64,000 nucleotides of DNA from Antedon mediterranea (lineage: Eukaryota > Animalia > Echinodermata): the NCBI RefSeq assembly GCF_964355755.1, contig NC_092670.1:10152695-10216694 (forward strand), in the 5' to 3' direction. The notes beneath the pieces were generated by a model that made no database searches, was not told where the DNA came from, and was given only the letters and a program-made list of their open reading frames with translations. Positions 37,641 to 51,197 of the stretch are shown piece by piece (position 1 is the first letter of the stretch; every line of letters starts with the position of its first letter). Both the position numbers and the translations under genes were made by a program.

Positions 37641-39589
37641 ATTTCAATCAAGCCTACATATCACATGTTAAATGTTTAAAAAATAAGCATTATTATACTG
37701 TAATTGTGGGTGTCTTCCATTGTGTCCTAACCAGCTGGTTTATACTGAGATATTTCAAAGTAAGTTATAATAAGTTCTAAACTTACTTATATAATAATTT
37801 TAGTAGTATTTTTTTTTTTTCAAAAGTCAATTTGTGCTGTATTTTGACAATTGTACGGCCATGGAAAACCCTTTTTGTGAAGTAACTTATGTCATTTGAA
37901 GTGTACAGAGGTCATAATTGATTTGTCTCTAGTTTTTTTCCAAGCATAGTTTATTCCATTTCCTTGTGACAATGTGGCAGCACTAAAAAAATAATTCAAT
38001 ATTCCAATATTCTCTTTTATTATATTATATGGTGATGATATTGTTCAACAAAGTGCTTATTTTGTATCCCATTCCATTCCATCATTGTATTGTATTTGTA
38101 TATGTTTTGTTTTATTTTGGAATAAAAATGTTTATGATTGATTGATTGAAAATAAATGATTATTGTCCCATACCGAATTACCTCTTTCAATCTCTTTTAG
38201 AAGACTGTTTATACAATACAGAACAACAGTTATTTAAACAGCTACAACGATTCTGCAGAACACCAAATATTGTACGTAACTATGACAGAAGTACACTGAA
38301 TGAAATCACTGCAAAATGTAGCTGAACATCTCTCAAGCAACAATATCTATCAGTGCTTTCAAGTCAAGAATCATAATGGTGTATCACAATTTTCAAGATA
38401 CGTAATTGGCTTGAATGGTAAATGAACTTATAATATTTATAATAAGAATTTAGTTGAAATGCGCTGATACTGCGATATGAATGTTTATATTAACATTTTG
38501 ATTACTTGAATACTGCCATATAGCCAATGACTGCTCTACTAGGCAAAAAAACATGTTAAATGGCTTTAAAATAGCTCGCATTTTAATTTCTAAATGCTCC
38601 AGCATGTCAGTTGTGGAAAAATATCCAGTCATCAAAGTGTTGGTAAATGGCTCTTTGGAGAAATTAACAATAAACAAAATGATCGGTCCGGTTGGCGAAA
38701 GATCCAACTTCAAGAATAGATCTCTGAAAGGTCATATATTTCATTGGGATCATCCATAATCAAATGAGGATTACTATCAAGTATAGATAGAAGGCAATGT
38801 TGTTGTATCAATGCCAATCTTTTTTTATTTATTTTACAGTGTGTTGTAATGTGTTTTGAATAGTTTGATTATTTCATTAGGTTTTTGAATCCTTAATTGA
38901 GAAAATATGGGTCGCGATTTATTATCAATTATACACTGATCTAAGATGTGAATGTTCTCAGTTTTGTAGAATCTACAAAACTGATACTTTAAATCTACAG
39001 ATTTTCTCTGTGTTGAAGCGAGTAGCGCACCGACACAATTGGGAATCAACGACGGGGCAATGGCCGCTTTTGACACATCGTTAATATACAAGTGAGGAAT
39101 CCTATGACATGGATTTACCTACCAACTGGTTCTACGGATTCTGTAGTTTGCAAAAGAGTATGTAACTTAACTGAAAAACAGTGAACTTTGATGTACCGGC
39201 AGTGGGAACTTTACAATGAACATTGAGTAGAAGAAAGTCCAGCCCAAATGATGTTATACTCATAGTATTATTCAGGTCCTAGCCAGGGGAAAATTTATGG
39301 TTCGGGAGAACCCCTTGACGTTAGCATTGAACGCAATTTAAGCTATCCTTAGTCGCTTGTGTTTACCTGTGAAAAAAGTATGCTACAATCAAAATGTTAT
39401 TTGCAAGTGTGCTATTATTATCATTTTCGGCCAACTAGTGGTGCCATTTATCATGATTTTACGTGCAAGATTACCATTTCCGGTCATCTAGGATTGTCAT
39501 TTAACAAAATTCGCTTTGCTACAGGCCCCACTACATGAAAAATGAAAGTTTTTCTTAAATTTACTTTCACCTTGACCTTGAAAAATACA

Positions 39590-40180
39590 TCAACATTCAT
39601 CTTGTGTTGCTTATGTCAGTAATTTCTTTGATCAAAATCAATATATTAAGATATATAATATGTAGCCCTACATTCATTGTAAGTTTTTATTTCATTTTTA
39701 ATCATTTCAAAACAAGATTCAACACATCATTTAACAACTGCAGTGAATATATATTATTTAAAATACTCCTAAAATTTGATTAAACTACTAATTATCATTA
39801 ATGAAAATATAAGAAATACTGATTTATGATTAGATATCAATTTGATTTTATTGATAATTAAAAGCAATGAATAATAGTAATGTTATTTTTGAATAAATTG
39901 AAATAATAATAAAATCGATAATTTTATAAAATAAATTTAAACAAATCACATTTTTGGAAATATTATTTGACTATTAATTTTATAACATTTTGAATAAATA
40001 ACTAGCTTTTATTATAATAAATTAATAATTTAATGATAAAGCAAAATGATATTTAAAAGAAACAAAGAGGAATCTTTGTTATTCCTATTACTATTATTAT
40101 TCATAAGTCAAATTATTCAATAATTACAGATTCTAATTTCTTTTATGCTGCTCTCTTAACTATCATAACTGTTGTTTTAT
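39590..40180 (-). pseudogene. orphan FReD 3' flank with the last codons of the duplicated C-terminal segment
   Basis: Paralogous to ~2655-3250 and ~26145-26750; KTTVMIVKRAA* at ~40143-40178. Confidence 0.7.
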
Positions 40181-41289
40181 TTTTAATATTTTGATAGCAA
40201 GTCCGGCCTAGGCAGGCAGGAATTCAACGTGAATATGGAACCAATAGATAGATAGAAAGTTTCAATTTTTTCTCAAGTTCTTGAGTGCAGATCAATTGTC
40301 AAAAAAAAAGTGAAAATTATTATGTGCAAAAGGAAATGTCTCTAAAAAAATGTTCAGCTCTAATAAGCAAATAAGTTTAGCGGTAGGATTGCAACAATTA
40401 GGCCTATTCACAGAGTGAAGCATTACATTTGTTGATACAAGCAATTTCCTAGGCAGAATTAATAGCAACAAAATATACCCATCAATGATGATGTGAATAT
40501 CCATATAAAAAATACTGTTTTTATTTAATAAAGGAGTTTGCAAAGTTGTATACTTACGCTTTTTGACCAGGACCTAAAGGAAAATGAAATAAAGTATAGT
40601 AGTAGTTCAACATTTATTTATTTCTATCAATGGTACAATGATAAGAAATCATATAAAAACATTGTAATATTAAACAATAGGCCTACAACAATATCATATC
40701 TTGCAAGAAGAAATTACTTGAAGGAAATGTAATGAAATTGTTAGCCCCATCAGTTTGAAGTCACGCCCACTATGTAGTTGCATATCAACGCAAGATTAGA
40801 CGTAATTATGGTCCTTGTATGTAAAAATGTAAAACTTTTACCAATACATTATTCATTTTATTGCCAATATATTCAGTTTTTCTGTGATTCTTAATACATT
40901 ATTTTTATTTACTAAATTATTTACTAAATAAAGTTAGCTGTTTCAGGTCAATCTATAAACATAAAACACGCTATCAATTTAATGTATTGAACCCGAGATA
41001 AAATAACAAGCTGAACAAACAATTCTGAAAATTTGTAAACTTTAAACTCAATTTTATAATTACATTAGATAGCACAATCAAACTAAATCGTACCAATTAG
41101 TCAATTAAAAAAAATTGGATCTAAATTTGACTGGTAACAGATTTACAAACTTTTGAAGGCCTAATAGAAACACCTGTACATGCATCTATTGAACTAATTT
41201 TTGTTTTTGTTGAAACATATTAAAACACATTAAAGTTGTTCATTTCATGAGTACTCAATTAATCAGTTGATGCTCAGAACATCACTCAC

Positions 41290-41574
41290 CTGATTAATGT
41301 GATTCAAATGAGACGCTTGAATGTTGTTGTTTTCAACTGATGTTTCTTCCAGTATTTTTTTACTGATTTGACAAACACGATATTTCTGGTTATAGTTGAC
41401 CGACAAGCAATATAATTTCTCGGAACATTCCAGCAAACAATTTACACGGCTTATATTCTTCAACTCGTAACTCCAACCATCAAGAGCCTGGCCTCGTATA
41501 ACTGTATAAAATGAATTGGTCGAAAGAACACTGACGACAAAGGGCAGAAGAAAGACAATCAAAATAGTATGCAT
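41290..41574 (-). CDS. signal peptide + PAN/Apple-like exon (copy C; possible exon 1 of gene B)
   Basis: MHTILIVFLLPFVVSVLS..CLLECSEKLYCLSVNYNQKYRVCQIS..NQ|gtgagt, phase 0, open. Confidence 0.8.
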
Positions 41575-42264
41575 TGCGACGTTTTAGAAATGTGTTTCTG
41601 TACAGTTTTGGTGTCAATGAATTTCTTAGTTTATACTAATATGAACTGTTCCATCATCCAACCACTTCAATAGACAACTCAGTGCACCAATCAAAACGGT
41701 GATAGTAATATATGATTTACATAATAATGTATGAACAAAAATTAAGAATATAGAAGATACATTCATTGCATTTTTAAAAATAAATTTGGTGATATTGAGC
41801 TTCATGTGTCTAGGTAGGCTTCAACTTCATCGTTATGAGTTCTCACAATCATCATGTAGATTATTATGGAAATAATTCAGCAACAATGTCGTGTGAATGA
41901 AATATTGTCCCTGTAGTGAAATATACTTAATACATTCATTCATTTTAAAGTACTGTATATGAGCATAATATTTTGATAAATTATTGTAAACATAGTTGTG
42001 AACATATTATTAGATATCCTCGTGTATAATCCCACCCCTACTGATTTTACAAACAGGCATATCTCCGGGTATAGTCCCAGTATTGACTTTTGGCCACTTC
42101 AGATGAGTTTTTACAATAAATGCTTAACAGTTATTTTTTTTCATAAAGTGGTTTACCCGGGTATAGTCTCATGCCCAAAGTCGGCCCAACTTCGTGTTTT
42201 AGCGGGATGAAATTATACCAGAGGATATATGGTAATAATAAAAACATGTTCATTGTTAAAAGTA

Positions 42265-43583
42265 TCTATATATAAATTATGGTTAATTCTGACATAGGCG
42301 AGCACAACGCAAAAACTTCGGTACAAATCTCCGCCTTGGATACCTACCTTATCTATCTGAGATGTACCGCGAAACGTAGATTTGATAACATTAGTGTTCA
42401 CGGCGACGCTATTGTTCCATATTTCTATCTTAGGAAGATATTATAAAGAGTTTTTTAACACAATTTATGATTTCAACATTAGATTTTCATCTCAATTTCA
42501 ATTCTTCCCGGTCAAAGTAATTTCCGGGTTTAAGATAAGTTCACCTGGCAACAACCTGGTATCAAATATTTTCTCTCTTTTATACACAAGGGAGCAGTTA
42601 AAATAATAGATTTGACCCTAAAGGTGACTGGAGACAGGCACTTTCCATCAATCAATACAGTGTCCCTTAAGTTGGCCATTAGTCATTTCCATTTCAGTTT
42701 TTTGTTTATTTTAAAACATACCGCGCGTGTGTGAAGGTACAGTAGTTAAATAATAGGAATTATACTGCAAATTAATAAATATCAAATTAAATATACGCCA
42801 TAAAGAATCAGAATATATTGTGGGGAATAGTATTATAAAATTACATAGGGAGATTTGATGATAAGACATTTTTCGAGTGAAATCCCGATAGCTGAGCTTT
42901 ATTGAGTAAGCTTGCAGGAATAACTGTAGGCTATCTTCCTGTGTCCCGTTAGGACCGAGATGTCTGCCCATGTTGCAAGCCGTAATGTCTTCTTTCTTGG
43001 GCCCACTCTGTCACGGCAGTTAGTTTCAAAAGATGATTAAATTAAATAATGTATTAATAATTATTAGGATGGTATTCATTTGAATAAACGCCTCTCCAAT
43101 AAAACATCACTTTGAATAATAACCCCCCCCCCCCCAACCCAACTATCTAATAAACGTCCATCCACATATTTATAACAACACAATTATACTATTTGTAGTA
43201 GAATTCACCGCACTGTTATTTACAATTTACCAAGCATTTGTTATTCTTTTTTAGCACTTTTCATATCTATTAGAGGATTTCATTTGATTATAAATGTTAC
43301 CATATTATTAAAACTACAAAATTTAACATATATCCCTCGAATAAGCACCTCCCTCAAATGACCTCCGCCTCCCCAAAGGGCCCTACCAAACAAAAAAAAC
43401 TATACTTTAAAATGTTATTAATTATCTAAAACACTGTGAAACAAAGTAGTTTAGATTTACGAATGTCAAGCATTTTCAATAATGGTAACCGACAGAAAAA
43501 CGTATAAGGAGAACATTATCATTCCGAGAACCATCGTCTACACCTCCTAGAGGGGGAGCGAGCGAAGCGAGCTCACCCTCTAG
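42265..43583 (+). mobile_element. non-autonomous Helitron
   Basis: A|TCTATATATAA ... ctagagggg-gagcgagcgaagcgagc-tcaccctCTAG|T; empty site aaaagta|ttataac at 47922/47923. Confidence 0.9.
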
Positions 43584-43789
43584 TTATAACAATTAAAATA
43601 ATAGTAAATCAATACAATTAAATAAATCACAGTTTATTTGATGGGACAATGTTTGATTTAGAACATTTGGATTAAGTAACTAGCCTTTATTATAATTTAA
43701 TGATAAGGCTATAATGTATAATAGATCTGAGAAACAAAATAGAAATCTATCCTTATTCCCTTTATTCATAAGTCAAATTATTTATTTAT

Positions 43790-44450
43790 TTATTTATTTA
43801 TTTACCAGATTTCTATAGCGCCCTTTTCATGAAAACTCATGCTCAAAGGCGCTTCACATCATAAAGACAAACATCATAAGCAATAATTATAAAAGTAACC
43901 TCAAATTATACGAAATAAGATTTCTTAAACTAAGTTATAAATATTCTTACTGTACATTAATTAAAATCGCATAAAATAGAAAAATAAAATGAACGATATA
44001 CAAAATAGGTCGGAATTTCTTAAACTACGATTACAAAAATACAATTTATTTACATATTAATTATTATTTAATTTATTTATTTATTTATTTATTTATTTAT
44101 TTTTTTAAATTTTAATTTAATTTAATTAAATTGATTAAAAATTAAAAATATTATTGCACAATAATTGACCAAACAAATTGCAGTAGAAAAATACAAGATT
44201 ACAAAAATAGGCATCAATATACTATATTCAAATTGAAATCAATCATTGTTGTAGTATGACACAAATAAGTGTGTTTTAAGTTCCCCCTTAAAAATGTTCA
44301 AGGAAGAAGCACTGCGGAGCTGGTATGGAAGAGCATTCCATAGAGTCGGCGCGGCCTTCATGAAACACCTTTCACCATACGATTTGTTTTTAACTCTAGG
44401 AACACATAAAGTAAAAGAATCCTGTGATCGTAATGGCCTATTTGGTTGAT
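43790..44450 (-). mobile_element. L2-type LINE 3' end
   Basis: YGERCFMKAAPTLWNALP..FKGELKTHLF; tail aagcgcctttgag..gggcgctatagaaat + (taaa)n; ~200-bp direct repeat 43861-44060 / 44449-44650. Confidence 0.7.
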
Positions 44451-46519
44451 AAAGACAAACATCATAAGCAATAATTACAAAAGTAACCTCAAATTATACG
44501 AAATGAGATTTCTTAAACTAAGTTATAAATATTCTTACTGTACATTAATTAAAATCGCATAAAATAGAAAAATAAAATGAACGATATACAAAATAGGTCA
44601 GAATTTCTTAAACTACGATTACAAAAATACATTTTATTTATTACATAATTAAAACAATAATGAAAATATTAACAATCATATATCAACAAAACGATTTTTA
44701 CAGAATGATCCACAAAGATATTCGGGAGTTATCCATGTTGAACACCCTTTAATGACCTAATATACGTTATCCATTACATTTGTTGTCGTTCTCCAGCTCT
44801 GTAATTTTGATTCCAATATTTACAGTTACATTTTCTATGGTTACATCGTTATTGTACAAATCTAATTAATTTTCAAAGAAAAATAAAGAATTTATCATGT
44901 CATGTATAATAATAATAATAAATCAACCACCTTCTGAAAATGATTAATACGGCGCTTTATTAAAAGTGTTCATTGTATCATTAACTCATAAGATTATTGT
45001 TGAATATGTATTATAGTTATGTATTCTGAGATCGTACAAGGTCGCAAAATATAATACTGTATTTGGGTGTATTATGCTGTGAAAAGTACTGCAATTGTGT
45101 AATTCTAATCAAAATTAGTTTAATTATTGAAAACATACCTTTTGCATAGAATAATAGCATTTGTAAATTTAGTGTCTTTGAGAAATTAAATTGGATGGTG
45201 TTGCAATAATTCATTTTTCATAATTATGTTGTTTGCATACATCTTTAAAACACACTTTTTAAATTAAATACTATAGATATTACTACTTTTTATATATATT
45301 TAACTGCAAAGTAAATAATACAAATTCATGTTTGGAGACCAAAAAGAAGTTCTAACCATGAAAAGTATAAAGTATTTGCGATAATTTGTAGAAAGTTTCG
45401 AAATAACCCATAAAAAATCACCCAGCACTTAGTACAGTAGGTAATTCAGATCTTTCTTTCTTCTGTTCGATTTTACTGTATGCAATTTCATTGACGGATT
45501 TGAGGATTAATAAATGGGGAAGGTGTGCTTAAAAATTGTGAACTTAAAGGATTAACTTAATAATAGTATACTTTTCCATTGCAGTTTCCCAAATTTAGAA
45601 GGGGTCTAGACGGGTGAGGAACAATTTAAAAAATAAGAAAATGTCAGTTTAACTCTGGACGTATGCAATATTTGGTGGTGGGAAGTGCAAACGAGTCTCC
45701 ACAACATCAAGCACACTTGTTGGAGCTGAGGTATGAAAATTGTGAAAATATAAACCTGGAATTGCTCCCTATAAACGTATGGATACTATACAAATTGCAG
45801 AAAACAATTCAAACCGCGCAGTTTACTTCAGCTGGTTGCGTTTCTGTTCCTTTTAAAATAACAAACTGATGGTCTATCGAAAATCTTGTACATCTTTGTA
45901 CACACTGCGCAAGATCATTCCGCAACATAAAGGGATTGCTTCTGAATGTTCGACTGACACACACACACACAGATACCAACCTAGCTAGTCTTCATCAGAC
46001 ACGGTGGATAGCAAAAGAAGAACGTATTCCAGATCGTGCATAATAGCATACAGTATTTTGATCCGATGATGTGCTTTCAGTTTTAAATAAAATATTGATA
46101 ATTCTGTGTTATTCTGTGAGGAATACGTAGAAGTGTGATTTCAGGGCTAGATCATGTGGTTGGATGAAATATGATTTTTTTAAATAACGGTTGGGCATAC
46201 AGTAGGTATAGGGGCAGTGCTGGAAGTGGCTATTAGCAGGCAACTGTATAAAGGTGTAATGTAATATTTTCTATTGACATGGTTGACCATTTGTCTAGCC
46301 AACCAAGAATTCAGGTTAAGAGCTGTGAATTATCAAATAAATAGTTAAACTTTTGTGATAATTTTGTATTTGGCCATTTTATTTCTGTTACACATATTTG
46401 TTTTATGTACATTTAACCATATATTATTTGAGCTTAAAAAATCAATCACTAATGTAACAGTTTCTTTAAGCACTAACAAAACAAACTTCATTAACCACTA
46501 ATGTAACACTAATATAAAT

Positions 46520-47450
46520 TTAACCACTAACGTACAGTAGAAAATGTTGAGATATGTTTGGACTTAAATATTCTGTATTTTTTTGCGGAAAAATTCTTTT
46601 AAGTTGGAAATCTTTTTTGTTCAAGTTCAATTTTAATCCTGTGTGTTTTTTACAAACCTATGTTTAAATTTGTGCAAATACATCTCTTTACTTAGCTATC
46701 AGTCTCCACCTTTCGTAAAGCGACCGACTTTAAAAAACAGCCATCTCGTAAGTAACCACCTCCTTAAAACGACCATATATCGATATGATGCCAGTGTTAT
46801 TATAATTATGTACCTGGTGTAAGATAAAGGCTATTCAGGTTTGAACGATAACAGTTATTGTACCACCAAGCACCTTTGTATTGCTCAGCACAGTTACTAC
46901 TGCATTTCTTATCATTGCCTCTGTTGTATGTTGTAAATTGTTTACCATTGTGAATTGATGCCAAAGAATCACCTAAACTAAGCGGCAATCTCTCTCTATG
47001 GTCTATTACGAGAGGTGGTGGTCCTTTGGAAGAGGTGGTCGCTTACGAGTTGGTTGATCATGATAAGCTTTCCCTAATGAGAGGATATGGTCGCTTACGG
47101 GAAGTGGTCCTTTAAAAGAGGTGGTCACTTACGAGAGGTAGTGGTCGTTAAGAGAAGTTGTTCCTTAGGAGAGGTCACTAACGAGAGGTGATGAACGTTT
47201 AAGAGAGGTGGTCACTTATCAGAGGTGGTCGATTATGAGAAGCTTTCTCTTAGAGAGAAACGTTGTCAGTATATTAGCCAAAAAAGTCAAAGATTTTAGT
47301 TAAGTTTAATTTAGTTAAATGTAAAATTATTTTTCCAGTTAAAGAGAGCTGATAAACTCAGTTCCTAGATTTCCAACTTTCAAAACAAAAAATATGTTGA
47401 GTTTTTAAAAGATTTCTTAACATTTTGTCCTGTTGTTACGTTAGTGGTTA
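46520..47450. mobile_element. degenerate inverted-repeat element enclosing a FReD exon fragment
   Basis: taaccactaacgta / tacgttagtggtta, aagttggaaatc / gatttccaactt, and gaccacctc / gaggtggtc subrepeats in opposite orientation. Confidence 0.5.
46806..46972 (-). pseudogene. orphan truncated copy of the FReD-D last exon
   Basis: tttag|[36 protein letters not shown]. Confidence 0.85.
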
Positions 47451-48172
47451 CATTTTCTGGTTAACATTCAACTTGTTGCAAAACAAAGATTAAAAACATC
47501 ACTTAAACATTAAAAATAATTGGATTTGAAAACTACTAATTATCACTAATGAAAATATAGGAAATATTATTATTATTTTTATTAAATATCAATTTAATTT
47601 TATTAATAAAAACGATAAATAAAACGATTAATAATAATAATGTTAATTTTATATATGTATGAGCATAACATTTTTATGTGATAAATTATTGTAAACACAG
47701 TTGATATAAACTTGTACGTATTATTTGATATCCTCCTGTATAATCCCACCACTACTTTATGTGTGATTTTACAAACAGGCATATCCCCGGGTATAGTCCC
47801 AGTATTGACTTTTGGCCACTTCAGATGAGTTTTTACAATAAATGCTTACCGTTTTTTTTTTAGCGGGATGAAATTATAACAGAGGATACGGTAATAATAA
47901 AACATGTTCATTGTTAAAAGTATTATAACAATTAAAATAATAGTAAATCCATACAATTAAATACATCACAGTCGTTTTGATGGGACAATATTTGATTTAG
48001 AACATTTGGATTAAGTAACTAGCCTTTATTATAATTTAATGATAAGGCCATATGTATAATAGCTATAAGAAACAAAATTGGAATCTATCCTTATTCCTAT
48101 TATTCATAAGTCAAATTATCTAATAATAATTACTACCTGTGCCATCATCAGGTCTGAATCATGACAACTCTC

Positions 48173-48423
48173 TTATGGTACTCTTTTAATCATCATCACT
48201 GTCTTCTTGAGACTGTAGTGATTAGTATGGAAATCATACCAGATGATGCCTGTCGCATTATCGGTACCTGGTTTAAGGTAAAGCCCATTCAGATTTGAAC
48301 GATAGCAGTTATTGTACCACCAAGCACCTTTGTATTGCTCAGCACAGTTATAACTTCTCTTATCATTGTCTCTGTTGTATGTTGTAAATTGTTTATCATT
48401 GTGAATTGATGCCAAAGAATCAC
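48173..48423 (-). CDS. FReD gene D, last exon
   Basis: [42 protein letters not shown]. Confidence 0.92.
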
Positions 48424-48861
48424 CTAAACAAACAAAATCTTCAGTTTACTTCATTAATATTGAATTTATTTGTTTTTAAAATAAAAAATAATAATAATAA
48501 AAACAATATTACCTACAAACCCAACTTTTTTCTCCTCAAAATATCAGTATCAATAAAACACCTGAAATGTGTTTATAACATCATGAAGGTATGATTTTAT
48601 TTGATTAGGTAAAGAAATCTATAATTGTGTAATAAAAATATTCTACTGCAGTTACGAGATATATGTGCATGTTATCAGACCTCGTGCAATGATTTCGTTC
48701 GTCGGCTTTTGTACCTGATTTTGAATCCCATTTTCTCACTTTCTTACTAGATAAGCTCTTTCACTCTGTTTATATTTATTACATAACCACGATAAATATT
48801 GGCATCCAGATCTTGTTGGCCGATTGCTACGTTCTGAAGAACTCAAATGGCCGATTGCTAC

Positions 48862-48863
<2 letters not shown>

Positions 48864-48953
<90 letters not shown>
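48864..48953. repeat. (AT)n microsatellite
   Basis: Direct reading. Confidence 0.95.
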
Positions 48954-48955
<2 letters not shown>

Positions 48956-49330
48956 AACTTTAAAGGTCAATTAATTTTTAAAAATGGATTTGCACACAGT
49001 AAAGTATTTTATTTACATGTACCATAAAAATGACAAAAGTCGCCTCCCCTAAATTTAATTAAAACAGCACCACCGCTACTTGGTTACAGTACATGTATCA
49101 AGTTCTGTCCTTATGATATAACTGTGTTTAAGCAGTCGTAATTCTAAAATTGCTTTTTATTATATATACTTTAGACCTAAATGTGACAAATGCAACAGAA
49201 ACCCTACAGTATGTTAGTAGTGCATGACTATTTTTACTGCTAGATACAAAGGCCTACAAAAAAGTTAATTCTATGTTTAATTGAAATGTGCTATTTTAGA
49301 GTGTAAAAATTGACAGAAAGATATACTAAC

Positions 49331-49592
49331 CTGCCGTTCCTGTGTATCCACTGATTGTCAAATTATAGTTATACTCTTCAGTACCAACTCGAACGTGAGA
49401 GTAGTTTGCGATCTTCGTTTCATCCAAGTGATCAGTCATTTCTACTAATAGCTCAAAATCTCCATCAGATGTTATACGGTGGATCTTTTCGTTACCAAGC
49501 CAGAACTCTGTGTTCACGTTTCCAAAACCCTCTTTGTATTCTGCCCAATTACGATAGAAATCAACTGATCCATCTTGTCTTCTCTGTATCAC
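49331..49592 (-). CDS. FReD gene D, middle exon (262 nt)
   Basis: VIQRRQDGSVDFYRNWAEYKEGFG..ISGYTGTAG. Confidence 0.92.
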
Positions 49593-49621
49593 CTGAATGA
49601 TAATAATGATAAAAGTAATAG

Positions 49622-50090
49622 TGTAACACTCTGACCATCAGGTCAACAACCCTTTTACACTATTTCTCCCTACTCCATCTATTAACATTCCTAGTGGTTT
49701 CTTCCTATCCCTAGTCACTATCCTATAACCCACATCCTTAATCAATTACTGTTTTCTCATCATCAAGGAATGTTCCCTTTACTAAATAGTCCCCTCCCGT
49801 TACATGCATATTAATTAGGACCGTTCCTTAAATATGAATATACTGGTAAGAGAAGAGAGAAGGAAAAGAAGAGCTTGATAGAATAAAACATTTATAAATA
49901 GAGAGAAAATGTATTTGAGATAGCCAGAACAGACTGTATTATATTTAGTATTGAAATAAAACTATATCTGGACAAAACCATATTTACTGTTTGTACATTT
50001 CTGTGACTGTGTGAAATCCTGCCGCTGATACTATATGATATAGTAACGGATACACTAAAATACCACCGTTACAACTGGTTCCCACACAAT
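49622..50090 (+). mobile_element. probable LTR with PBS-like site
   Basis: TGTAAC 49622 ... GTTACA 50073, then acTGGTTCCC; AATAAA inside; no partner LTR seen. Confidence 0.45.
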
Positions 50091-50948
50091 TTGAACCCAC
50101 AGAAGCCAATAAAACAAAAAGAAAAAAGAAGAAAAAACAAGAAGATAAAACATGGATCAGATTTGGAGTTTGCAGAGTTTGTGGAGCTGCAGATGCTGAT
50201 GGATGAATGAACCCAGACAAAGAAGAGCAAAAGAAGAAAAAACGAAGATTATTGGATGAAACAATTGCAGGACCAGCCCCAGGAATAGAAAACGGAAGAC
50301 AGAAGAGACAACGCCGAGGACAAGGAAGAAGATCATTAACTGTTTTTTGCGACCTTTTGTTTCACTTTCTTTTGACATTTTAATACTATTTTTGAACGCT
50401 TTATATAAATTTATAACATTTGTTTAATACTTTGGATGGCCTGGCTGATTTATTTTTAAACATTATTTTGGACGTTAACCTATAGTATATTCAGCTTGGA
50501 TTGAACACAATATTAACGATGTGGTAAGTGATCCATCATTTCTAGTTCTTTTCTATAACCTCCTCTTTCTTCGGGTGATATATTATTATTATAGATATAA
50601 TCATATTGTAACATGTTTTTACGTTCGGGAAATTCGGCTGTTAATACTCCAATTTCAACACACAGTCTTATACCTGGTAAAGATACTAGCCCGATTACCC
50701 CATCACCCACCTCATTAACACAACTGGATTTAGCCCTTTCTGGCAACACTTCAACATAATTTTCAGCCTGTAACGTCCCACTGCTGGGCAACGTTTCTCT
50801 GCTAAATCATGACATTATTTTCAATAATAAATGATTTCTGTCCACGCTGAACCCTGGCAGTACTTACAGTAATGATGATGCACCGTTTTCGTTTTTTGGA
50901 ATGAAGTAATAATTAAGGATATCTTAGAATATTGCCTACACTTCTTAC

Positions 50949-51085
50949 CGTCCAATTGCCACTTTCCCTAATGTCACAGTACACAGCAAACTCTGGTCCT
51001 CCATCACATGGCTGCATCACATATTCACCACTCACAGCAGAAGGATAACATTGTAAAATGTCTCCACAGCCCCTCATAAAACACT
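50949..51085 (-). CDS. FReD gene D, first FReD exon (137 nt)
   Basis: CFMRGCGDILQCYPSAVSGEYVMQPCDGGPEFAVYCDIRESGNWT|gtaaga. Confidence 0.9.
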
Positions 51086-51197
51086 CTAAAATGTACAAAG
51101 TTTGATGTGTTTAACACATCAAACTATATTTTAGTAATTTTATTAATACATTTAGGCCTACTCAATTTTGTATTTAAACTTTGTACTTTCAGAGAAA

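Noticed and set aside
38450-39091. Two minus-strand ORFs of 85-87 aa as a gene
   Set aside because: No recognisable motif or splice structure; cannot be supported without a search
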